Shown one piece after another: positions 49,492 through 60,404 of a stretch of DNA of 64,000 bases. Below the pieces are notes generated by a model. That model did not search any database. It was not told the origin of the DNA and saw only the letters and a list, made by a program, of their open reading frames with translations. The number at the start of each line of letters is the position of its first letter. Within the stretch, counting starts at the first letter, position 1. Both the position numbers and the translations under genes were made by a program. This DNA comes from Neodothiora populina (Eukaryota), in contig NW_027191406.1 of assembly GCF_041146345.1 (NCBI RefSeq), positions 682,001-746,000 of the forward strand, in the 5' to 3' direction.

Positions 49492-49774
49492 TGTAATGTT
49501 GCGACTAGAAGAACAGATGGTAATATCTCAGGTAAAGTACCTAGTCTACCTTACCTACCTATGATGTTGTGCTTGCGGGATACATAAAAGGCTACAGGTA
49601 TAAGGTAGGTAATTAAGGTAGATGACGTGCCGCGTAGAAGGCGCGGTCTTGGCGCAACCCCAGCCAACGGGAGCTTCGTCGTCGTCGTCGTCGGCCATGT
49701 TGAGATACAGGATACAATTATCATCTCTCGTTGCATCTTCTACACTCATCATTTTTTGTTGCATATACATCAAG

Positions 49775-50982
49775 ATGTCCGAGGGTCTTTTCTTCAACAT
49801 CACTAGTGGCTACATCGAGGGCATCGTGCGTGGCTACCGGAACACCCTCTTGACTGGCCAGCAGTACAATAACCTCACCCAGTGTGAAACCATCGATGGT
49901 CTGTCCGCCCCACTTGCAGTTGCCTCTCCATTATCGCTGACTATTCTATACAGACGTCAAACTCCAATTAGGCCCCGCATACGGTGACTACCTCGCTTCG
50001 CTGCCTCCCAACCCCTCCACATCCTCTCTCGCAGACAAGACGCTAGACAAGCTGGTGTCCGAGTTCAGATATGTCCAGGCAAACGCCACGGGTGCTCTGT
50101 CCAAGTTCATGGACTATCTTACATACGGCTACATGATCGACAACGTTGCGCTCCTCATCACCGGCACGCTGCACGAGAGAGACACGCGAGAGCTCCTGGA
50201 GCGATGCCACCCCCTTGGCTGGTTCGAGACGATGCCTGCCCTCTGCGTGGCCACCAACATTGAGGAACTCTATAACTCTGTCCTCATCGAGACCCCGCTC
50301 GCGCCCTACTTCAAGGGGTCCCTCAGTCATCAAGATTTGGACGAGCTCAACATCGAGATCATCAGAAACACGCTCTACAAGAACTACCTTGAGGATTTCT
50401 ACGAATGGGTCAACTCCCACCCTGAAGTTGCCGGCACTCCTACTTCCGAGGTCATGTCAGAGGCCCTCGAGTTCGAGGCCGATCGGAGGAGCATCAACAT
50501 CACTCTCAACTCTTTCGGCACCGAGCTGGCCAAGCAAGATAGAAAAAAGCTCTACCCCAACTTCGGCAAACTCCACCCGGAGGGCACTCTTATGCTTTCG
50601 AGAGCAGACGACCCCGAGGGTGTGAGAATAGCCGTGGACGGTGTCGCCGATTACAGAGCATTCTTCGATCAGACTGGTATGGGTTCGAATTCTGGTGTTG
50701 GCAACATGAGTGGTGGCGCTGGTGACGAGGGTAAGAGTCTGGAGGATCTGTTCTACGAAAAGGAAATGGATCTGTCCAAGCTGGCTTTCACGAGACAATT
50801 CACCTTCTCCATTGTCTACGCATGGGTAAAGCTTAGAGAGCAGGTCCGTTTTGTGTCGCATGTCATTTGTGATAGGTTGAAGCTAATCTGTGTCACAGGA
50901 AATCCGCAACATCACTTGGATAGCCGAGTGCATCGCACAGAACCAGAAGGACAGGATCGGAAACTACATCAGTGTGTTCTGA
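49775..50982 (+). CDS. VMA6: V-ATPase V0 subunit d
   Basis: Exons 49775-49898, 49954-50843 and 50899-50982. Reads [75 protein letters not shown]. Confidence 0.97.
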
Positions 50983-51397
50983 TCGTGTCTTTGTGGTTTC
51001 TGTAGCTCCCTTGTACTTTATTTGCATCCATACCCTGTTAGCGTAAGAGAATGAAGTGATCCCTTCCCGCCCTTACTAAGTGCCTATGATGTCGTTCGTA
51101 AAGTCGAGTCTCGGCCTATGTCGTTTGACCCAATTTCAAGGCGCGGCCACTCCAGAGGCGCCTTCTCCGGTTTTGGGCGTTGGTCTGTTCAATGTCTTTC
51201 CACTTCTCTTTGTCATCCTTTTCTTCATCTTCCTCACTACACTCTAGCCCCTTTGCATAGTAATCTTCCTCGAGTCGTGAATCGGGAAAAGACATACTGA
51301 AGTTTTGTTCCTTCAGGCTTGCCTTACGTTTGTCGTTGACCCGACTCGCAGTCTTCTTACCTCTATTCGCGAGCGTTTCGCCTAGCAAGGCATACCC

Positions 51398-52989
51398 ATG
51401 GCCCATTACGATTTTGGAAGTGGCATGCCACTCCCTGTCCACACATCCAACACCAGTACTCTTATGCTCGATCCTCCTGGATATGCTGACCATGCGGACG
51501 CTTCTGTCTATCCAGCAGATATTGGTCGCAGCGGTGCCGAAGCTACCGACATAGGTGATCAGGATGATGCTCAGAGCTCAGACGCCGACGCAACACGCAT
51601 TTGTATAAGTGATAGCCAGCAAGTGAATCATGAGGAAGTGCACATTCCAAGCAAAGCCGCAGTAAGTCCTAATCGCCATATGCGCAACTGGTCTAATCCC
51701 GACAAATCAGAACGGCATGCCGCAGTTCATGCCACGAATGGATGAAGAAATGCGCTTCTACCTCACAGCCCGATACATATCTCCTCGTTTTCTGATTGAG
51801 ATCGATCGGTTCCTTGCCGACCATGCAGAGTTGGCCGAGCTCAAGCCCGACTGGTGCAGGACATTGCGCGAGCTCCTACCTCTTCAAGCCTACTTGTTTT
51901 TCGTGAGAGGATACACCAAGCCTGCGCGCTATGTCCCCGGGTTGAGTGAGGCAAACAGCTATGCTATTGACATTGATCTACTTGTCGATTCAAGACTAAT
52001 GCCTCTGACAAGGTTATACCCTTTACATCTCAAGATCTCGGCCACAAACGGATCCCACCATTTGTCGCTCCTGTCGCCCATAGATACGATGCTGAGCTGG
52101 CCGACTTCCTGCAAAGCCATGCATATCGCTATGACTTGCTACAAGCTCTTGACCAGCGCTTGGGTGAAGTGATCATGAAACTACGCCTTGGACAGGCCAT
52201 GTCGGCCTACGAGTACAAGCTGCTTGGCTATGGCATATTCGCCCACGCAGTCGATGCTTACAAGTACTTTGAGTATGAACATCGAGAAGGCTGGCTCCCC
52301 CTAGCTATTACCCTGACCATGGTGAGAAACTTGCGCTGACACTGACTTCTGTGTCCTTCTATCTCACACTTCATGCTATAGTCATCCTGAACGAGCTCCC
52401 TGAGAAGCGCGACCACTGTGAGCCCGAACCCGACGTTCCTCCATTCCCGGAAGATGGCTCCAGAACTTCATTGGACTATCTCGAAGTCCGCTTTGACATG
52501 GCCTGTGCCCGTGATGCAGGCGCCAATGTGATAGATGTGTTACTACAGGCAATGAGAAGACTCCTCAGAAAGCGTGGGTTCCAGGGTCGCGAAATCAACC
52601 GTGCGCACAGGCAGGCGATGCGGCTGATTGAAGAGCAGCGCCGTGTCCGCGATGGCGATGATGTCGTCACCATGGTCATGAGTCTGGCTATGTCTAGAAA
52701 ACTGATGATGTCCAGAACGAAGATCAGCGAGCACAGTATCAGCGGATTACGCGATATGCTGTTGAATTTCCAGGCGATGGATCAAGACAGCCTCAGCGAG
52801 AGACAGATTGCCACGCGTCATGCTGCTGAAAGGAACATCGTGGTCAAGGTCATCAATAGGGCAGAATCGACAAACTCGATCACTTCACAGGAGGTCTACA
52901 ACTTGCTGGCTGTCATGCCACTCACCGGTCGTCTTCGCCGCAAACGTGAGAGGAAACACGGCCGACCTGACATGCTTGGGTTACTGTAG
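51398..52989 (+). CDS. Hypothetical multi-exon protein; model uncertain and probably frameshifted
   Basis: Proposed exons 51398-51661, 51711-51902, 52013-52321 and 52382-52989 (donors GTAAGT, GTGAGA, GTGAGA). The last junction is in phase only if the C5 run at 52297-52301 is C6. Confidence 0.55.
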
Positions 52990-53340
52990 CAGTGGATCTA
53001 GATACCGATGATATTCGGAGGGTTGACAGACGTTTCACCATCACTTCTTCTTTCGGACATGGATTGAGATAAGGCGTGTGGCAAGGTGTATCTCGGGGTC
53101 GCTTGAATAGTGCGATGAGTAACGCACACACGCTGGCCAGATCAACAACACCATCCAAGGAAGCAAGGATCTTGTAAGAGTAAAAGGCCATCGTGAGTGT
53201 GCTTATATTTGCGACGTCATCGCGTCGATGATAATGCAAAGTGCCAGTTGGTCCCATCCCGAACGCCATGCTGTAATGCGTTTCATGTTCGTGAGCTGCT
53301 GTGCCCATTCGTACACAACACTAAAAGCTTTTCCGATACT

Positions 53341-54115
53341 TCAATCGCCTGTGTCAAGCTCCAGATCAAGCTGGACACCATTACTCACGCCGTAGTCTTC
53401 AAGTGTCAACTGATCCTTGAAGGGCCTCTCACCCTGTCTCTTCAGCATGATCTCATGAGGTTGTCGACCAATTCTCGCAGCCACCATGGCCTTGAATGCT
53501 TCTACAAAACCAAGTTAGCACAAGCTTTTCCACGATATGAGTGACAGAACAAAACTCACTGACTGGATCCGAGGCCAAGCACGGAATAGCAGCCTTGGTG
53601 CCCAACCTGTCGTTGACATTGACAATGATCATGGGCTCCGTCATTCTGGGAGCAGCAACAGCAGCGGGTTTGGCAGCAGCCTTCTCGCCGCCAGCCTTGT
53701 CCTTCTTCTCCCTGCGCTCGTCTTTCTTCCTGTCGTCTCTGCCCGTACTCCCATCTCTCCGTCTGTCGCTGTCTCTCCGCCTGTCTGGATCCCTCCTTGG
53801 CGAGCGATCCCGTGGTCGGTAATTGTCGCCTCCTCCGTTCCTGCTGTCTCTGCCGTTGCGATCACTGTCCCGTCCATAGCTGCGGCGATCGTCCCTGCCG
53901 TCTCGGTTGTCCCTGCGAGGCGATCTGTCTCTACGAGGCGAGCGATCCCTATACCCTCGGTCGTAGCCACGTGATGACGATGAATTGTTGTGACTGTTGC
54001 TGTTGTCCCTTGACTTGTCCTTCCATCTGAATCCTGAACTTGAGGATTTTGGTTTCCGCGGTGGTGAACGTGATCGGCTGTGCGTCTTATCGTCGTCGAC
54101 CTGCGTGTCTGCCAT
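53341..54115 (-). CDS. HUB1: Ubiquitin-like splicing modulator Hub1/UBL5 fused to a long RS/RD-rich N-terminal region
   Basis: Exons 54115-53560 and 53501-53341. The C-terminal domain is MIIVNVNDRLGTKAAIPCLASDPV|KAFKAMVAARIG..IMLKRQGERPFKDQLTLEDYGVSNGVQLDLE. Confidence 0.88.
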
Positions 54116-54437
54116 TATGACGGGTTTGATCGCAGCAGGCTCCTGCCGATGTCTACTACGAAGATATGTATCAATAATTTGGTCCACCTGATGGTGAACT
54201 ATCAACACAGATAGATCTACGAGAAGTTATGAATGTTTGAACTTATGACGCAGGTGACGCCGAGGTACATGCCAAGAATGCCCGCGAGTCATGCTATATC
54301 AATGTTCGGAGTCGTCCTCACGCATATCGAAGTCAAGTTCGTCGTTGACAATAACACTGCATCCATGCATTGGACGACGCAGACATTGCTAGCCTGTCGG
54401 TGAGGCCCCTGGTTCAAGTACGAAGGCGTGCGCGATC

Positions 54438-55144
54438 ATGCTCACGATCAAGCGACCGACGCCGACAACAGTCCTCTACACGGTGTCATCTCGCTCGATG
54501 AATCGAACCATTCCCGAGCAAGTGCAGAGATATACAACAGCGATACTCAGAATCCTAGTAGGCACATTCGCATCTCTAGTCCTGCTACAGGAAACCAAAA
54601 CCTTCTTCCCGTCTCACTTGAAAAGCCTTTTCTTATTCTCGGATTATCTCATCTTGGACCACTACCCGGGTCAAGTAGCCTACTCGATCGCGTCGACGAC
54701 GTCTTGGAAATGGGTCGTGCCGCTGTGTCTCCTGACGCTGTGGTTTGCCTTTCGCAGAGGCTACACTGAGGAGTCATTGTTGGTCATCAGGGGCCTGGGC
54801 GTGCAGACTTCTACGTCTTCTCCTACTTATCTGTCTACTTCTTCGACTCGCTTCATCCCCACGTCTATGGTTCAAGATATCTTTCTTTACGAGGCTTTCA
54901 AAGGCTTCGAGGTCAAGTTCTATCTTGCTATCGTTGTTGAGGGGGAGGAGGAGGTGGTTGTCGTTTTCCCAGTAAGTTCTCCGGATTGCTTTTACCTAGT
55001 ATCCAGCAGAGGAATGGCAAGCATGCATGTTTCTTTTGTTTTCATTTTACTCATGCAAGTGCACAGAGCCTGTTACCAGAACGCCAGGTTTTGGAAGACG
55101 TCTGGCGAGGTGCGAGAGCTTGTCTATATGAGCCTAAAAGCTGA
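54438..55144 (+). CDS. GPI15: GPI-GlcNAc transferase subunit PIG-H/Gpi15
   Basis: Exons 54438-54971 and 55067-55144. Reads TEESLLVIRGLGVQT..TRFIPT..IFLYEAFKGFEVKFYLAIVVEGEEEVVVVFP|SLLPERQVLEDVWRGARACLYE. Confidence 0.9.
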
Positions 55145-55184
55145 GACGCGGCTCAAAGCCCTATCGCCCACGGTATACAGCTAT

Positions 55185-57245
55185 CTATTCGACCATCTCG
55201 TCTACTTGCTCCTTCGGCGGCCTCTTGCCATTGACATAGCCTTTTCTCTCCGCATAGCGAGCGTTTATGACGTCCACCGTATCCATGCGTGCCTTGTCCT
55301 TGATCGGGGTGTATGTTCCCACCGGACGAGCCCAATTGCCACCATCAAACACTCGAACGCTGCGCTCTGAGTGCGGCGGAAGACCTACTTGAACTGAGAA
55401 ACCCTTGCCTTGGGCAGCCACGACATCGAGTAGACTGCCGGCGAGCACCTCGTCTATTTTCCGTTCATGCCACACCTGCCAGAGATCGTCCATGATCCCA
55501 CCACGGCCATATTTGCCGTCACCTCCATCTTTCTCCTGACTCTTGTTGGTTTCGCGGCCGCCTGTGTCTCCAACATAGATCCAGTTCAAAGTATCTTCTT
55601 GACTCTCCTCTCCGAACTCTAGGTTCCCAGGGAAGATGCAATCCCACAGGACTAAAGGAGCGTCCGTCGCCATCTCATATTTTGGTCGGGTCGGATACTT
55701 TTCCATATCCAGCAGATCCGAAACAACCGAGGGTGGCTCCAGTCCTTGACCTACCAAGAACATGACAGCAACAAGGTGTCGCACCTGATGCCAAAGAAAA
55801 GCAGATCCGTTGACGTTGAACGTATACACTTTGGGCGGTCCTCCTGGTGTAGCTTGAGCGTTGCTCAAACTCGTCAGGCCCTTAGTCGTAGACCACTGCG
55901 CAAACTCCGGCTGTCCAACGTATCCAACTGGGCCGTCATTCATAGGCACCTCGGTTACACTTGCATGGAAGATGCGCCTTTCAAAGTTTGTAATTTGCTT
56001 TGCAGGATCCACCTTGCAGAAGTTCCTGAAATCATGCAGGCCCTCAAGACGCTTTGCGGCGTCTTGCATGGCTTCGATATCCAGCCAGCCTTCGCGCATG
56101 GGCTTCGAACCACGCTCTGCGGTTTGCTCGATCATGCCCTTGGACCCTGGCACAGGCGCAAACGCAGGCTGAGTGAAGAAATATCGATATCTTCTTTCTC
56201 TACACGAGAAGCGAGCAGAGAAGCCCTCGGGCGGAGTAGGACACCATGCCAGCATGCGGATATCCTCAGGCAGGACCCGATTCAACAATTGAATGTATGC
56301 CAACTCGTCGGCGATCGGATCCCAATCCTTCTCTTCCTTCCTCACATACTCCTTTCCGTCTGCCTCGGCTGCCTTTGCCTCGGCTTCAGCCTTCGCCCGC
56401 GTCTTTGCAATCGTCTCTTCTGTCGGTCGACTGCTTCGCACACGAATCCCTATGACCTGTCCAAAGGCGGAGACACCTCTATCTGTGCGTCCACACTTGC
56501 TGTACTCGGTTCCCTCCCAGTCAATCTCGCCTTCCGACAACTCAGCGAGCCGCGTGGGAAATATGAGGCGAGTCTTAGTCAGCGCCTTGAACAGCTCTTC
56601 CTCGATCGTCGGCAGAGGCGTGGTGTTGTTGGTATGATGCTCGAAGCCATTGTAGCGTTGACCCAGATATGCAAACTTCAGCGCGATGAGACGGGTGTGG
56701 TATTTACTCGGGTCGAAGGGCTTCTTCGGCTTTTTTGTCTTGACGAATTTTGTGAGGGGAGGAGATGTGACTGCTGCAGAAGCAGCATTTGGTCCATGTT
56801 GGAAACTGTGAAGAAAGTCCTTTGTATGAGACGTTTGACGAAACGATATATTTCTACATAAAGCAGACCAGGATTCAAAACAAAGAAATGCAAGCCTGCC
56901 TCTTTACCCCCCTTCCCTCGTGGCACCATCATCGAACTTCGACGGAAGAGGTGAGGTGTGGAAGCAAACAAAAGAAAACCGCAACTCGTGATATCAATGT
57001 GGGACCTACCTATCATTCTGCTTCTTCAGCTGCGCCTCGAGCTCAGTGACTCTCTTGACCAACTGCTCATTGCTCCACGCAGCGTAATCCGTCATGGCGC
57101 GCACTTGATTCTCTGCAAGAGTGGCAGTGGTGAATCGCAAAGACGGCACTCGCCCTGCCGCGAGACTTCTTCTCAGAAGGTGGCTGCTTGTCCTGCTCGT
57201 CTGTGTCACGGAGCTGCGCAGTAGACTCGTGCGTAAGGCCGTCAT
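55185..57245 (-). CDS. DEG1: tRNA pseudouridine 38/39 synthase (TruA family), with two in-frame starts (57245 and 57095)
   Basis: Exon 1 is 57245-57010; exon 2 is 56805-55185 (alternative in-frame acceptor at 56853). Motifs: FDPSKYHTRLIALKFAYLGQRYNG, YSKCGRTDRGVSA (catalytic Asp), FSARFSCRERRYRY, GLHDFRNFCK, GSAFLWHQVR, PLVLWDC. Confidence 0.95.
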
Positions 57246-57981
57246 TCACTGCCGACTGGCTAGGTATTTGGGTGACTGACCGTATGACTGCTCTTTGCGC
57301 ACACGAGAAAGGTCAGGTCGTGAATGTTGACGTCCGGTGTGGCTTACCGTACGGTTTTTTTTGGCCCTTGGAGCATTGGAGAAAGTATGATGCATAAATG
57401 GTCGATCGATTTAGGCTTGGCGTTTGCATGAGTGAGTTATGCTGTTATACAAGGCATTATGTATGTTATTATTTTCATAAGTAAGTATGTACAAGCATAT
57501 TTCGCTAGCATAACTGCCCTGCATCTCCCATTCGCACCAACACCACACCTAATTAGCAGCCACCGCAAGCAAGTGAAATCTCCACAGCAAATGCGACGTG
57601 CAACACACTGTCACCCTCGACAGGGTGATACTCGGGCCTATCCAAAGACCTAAAACCCAATCAAATCGACCAATCAATCACAATCTCTCGATGTCGGAGG
57701 ATTTGACCCCCATCTGCCGTCAGCAAAGTGCACATACACACACACACGAGAGAAGAAGCGAATGTAACCGGAACCGGGGAACAGAAGATCGCGAAGAGGG
57801 GCAGAGACCAACAACAGATCAGCCAAGGCCAAGACAGTAGAATCTCGAGGAAGAAGGCTATTAACAAGGCACACAGGGAGGGGGAAGAAAAGCGAAAGAC
57901 AATTGTTGCGAATCATGGGTGGGTCTGTGCGTGGGTGTCGAGGGCCCGACACACACACAACGAGAACCTGAAAGAGAGAGA

Positions 57982-58003
57982 TTGCGTTGCGTTGCGTTGC
58001 GTT
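57982..58003. repeat. (TTGCG)n pentanucleotide repeat
   Basis: ttgcgttgcgttgcgttgcgtt. Confidence 0.8.
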
Positions 58004-59441
58004 AGCGGCGATCCGGCCTTACAGAGTCGGTACTTCTCGAGCTCAATCTCGGGCTCATTCTTCGGGCTGGGCGTGCTACGATCTACGCCTACATTTTAGA
58101 TCTCTAGTTGCGTGCTGTGCTGCACACTGCGCACCACCCCACTACTGCCCACTCTGCTTTTGTGTTTGCTATGCTTTGCTTTGCTTTGTTAGTAGGTGAA
58201 TGCGGCGGGCCGCTGCGGAGCAGAGCTTTAGGTGCTGGGGTGAGATGAGGTGGTACTCCACTGGTACAGAGTTACAGTACATGGTGACTGTACTGCTTGT
58301 ACACGATACACGGATACCAAATTCTGATGTCAGTCGAAGGTGAGAGTTTGCCTGTTTCTCCGACTCGGCAATTCATGGAAAACTATCGAAGGAAAATCAT
58401 AGAAACCAGTACTGTATGCGAGAAACGCAGGTTTATCAACTGTTGGAATCGGATCTACCGGCCGGAAGTGAGGTCCAACTCAGATTGACGGAGAGAGAGG
58501 GGGGACAAACCAACCAATACGTAGATAATTTCGCGGAAACGGTGCTATTATTGCCCAATGTTATTAATGATCTGTGGAGATGGTTAGAGCAAGCCGGAGA
58601 AGAATGTTCCTGAATTTTATTATATTGATGTCTCTGAATGCTCTACACTCTAATATGTGATTGCAGTCATTTCATACAGTAGCTGGTGGGGTATCGTGCG
58701 AATACAAGCAAAAAAAAAAAAACAATATTCTTCAGTACAGGTCCAATCAGAGGCCATGCAGCTGTGCAAATGGCTCTCGCACATCTCGCTCATCCATCCA
58801 TCTCGGACCGCGGGGCACTTAGTGCACGGACTATAGTCGTCTTTTGTCTTCGAACGCCAGTCCGTTCACCACGTGCACCATGCTATGGTTTGCAAGACAT
58901 GGCAAACTGGCAAGGCAAGGAAGGAGAGTGGTTGCAAGGAGTCATACGCCTCTGCGCTCTCATTTCTCACTTGTCGGACTCGACAAGCTGCATTGTCGGG
59001 CGTGTGGCTGGAGCGTTCTTGCGGCGTGCACGCGGTCTTATTTTCCCCGCCAGGTCCGCGACTCTTTTCCGGACACTTCCCCGTACAGGGGCAGAGTCAG
59101 CTCCCCGACTGGTCTTTGCTCATTCACCCCCAACCTCGTGCATGCTAGATGGCTTGTCGATTTCCCAACTTGCTAAGGAAAGGAGCTCCACTTTGCTCAG
59201 CGAGGAAGTCCCGCAATTGTTTGTGGAAACAAGTTCGCTGTTTTCCAGCAAAACTCAAACCAAGCTGACGAGCAACGTCGAAGCCTTCGGCGAGTTCTCG
59301 GTGAATGTCAACGTCCCGTCAATACATGCTGACCCAACACGTTTGTTGGGCCTTTAGCATTGCGGTGCGACTTCGTCGTGCGGGTAGGTAAGAAGTATCA
59401 TACTTCCCAGTGTGGCTAATGCTTGCCTTCACTGTGAAAAA

Positions 59442-60404
59442 TCAAGGCCCGCCAACGTTAAAAGGTTTGTTGATGAGGTCAAGAGTTGGCAGCTCAGTCC
59501 TATTCGGGTTGAGCGACAACCAGGCACGCTCGATGATGGTCAATAGCCATGCTTCTTCTTCCTGGGCCATCTTTGCTTGCACCTTGGCGATTTTTGTTCG
59601 CTTGACCCGCATGCCTGGCTGTTCCGGAAGCTTGGGATACATGGTTTTCGATGACGTTCCAATTGTCCTTCTTCGGTTTGAAAAGTACGAAAAGGATGGG
59701 AGAGGTGTTTCCTCGGGCGTTTGAGGTGGCGTCATGACTTTCTCGAGCTTTTCACATTGCTTGATCAAGTCTTGCATGCCAAAGTTAAGATCTTGGGCTC
59801 TCGTTTCGGCGTGCTCGTAGTAATCTGGTCCCCAAAGTTCGTCCTCCGCCAAGGCTTGTCTCAACACGTTGACGAAGAAATCGAATGATGGCAACGTAGG
59901 TCCGCTCTGTGGTCCCGGTCCATGTGCATCGGAGAGCATGCATGCGGCAAGAAGAACACGGATCTGGCACTCTCCATCAATGCTGTGCTGTACGACGCAT
60001 CCTGGGCAAGCTTTGCTCAAACACCAATCTTCGTCATCGGCAAGAAATGATTGTAGCCATACAAAAGCATTTCGGCCTCTGCTGCGGAAAGCAAATTCTA
60101 CGTCTGACGGACGTTCGGATTTCGTCCATTTTTGTGCCGTGTGTGTTGCGTGAGATGTGAGAGCAACAATAGGCGCTAGAAGAGCATGTAGAATATCTCT
60201 CATGACAGTCCATGCTTGGAGGTCATCCTCGTCCTCTGAGTTGTGTTCTTCGCAGAAGGTGTTGCATGAGTTGTCTGCTAGATATTGGCGTAGAATAGAA
60301 AATCCCTCCGAACTGTCCAGTAAAATGGCATCCTGCACAGTAATGATGAAAGGAGTGGCATTCGGTGATGCCAGACAATGTGTGCTCATTGTGCTTTGAT
60401 CCAT
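59442..60404 (-). CDS. Hypothetical protein (320 aa)
   Basis: Intronless ORF with globular composition (MRDILHALLAPIVAL, DWCLSKACPGCVV, ALAEDELWG). No function assigned. Confidence 0.8.
   Translation of the reverse strand: MDQSTMSTHCLASPNATPFIITVQDAILLDSSEGFSILRQYLADNSCNTFCEEHNSEDEDDLQAWTVMRDILHALLAPIVALTSHATHTAQKWTKSERPSDVEFAFRSRGRNAFVWLQSFLADDEDWCLSKACPGCVVQHSIDGECQIRVLLAACMLSDAHGPGPQSGPTLPSFDFFVNVLRQALAEDELWGPDYYEHAETRAQDLNFGMQDLIKQCEKLEKVMTPPQTPEETPLPSFSYFSNRRRTIGTSSKTMYPKLPEQPGMRVKRTKIAKVQAKMAQEEEAWLLTIIERAWLSLNPNRTELPTLDLINKPFNVGGP

Noticed and set aside
35477..55144. Co-location of GAA1, GPI15, RBD2, YIP1 and VMA6 as a secretory-pathway cluster
   Set aside because: Interspersed with unrelated housekeeping genes and no shared regulatory motif seen; consistent with chance.
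58686..59357. 223-codon plus-strand ORF
   Set aside because: No recognisable motif or codon bias, and a GTG start running through an A-run; not called as a gene.
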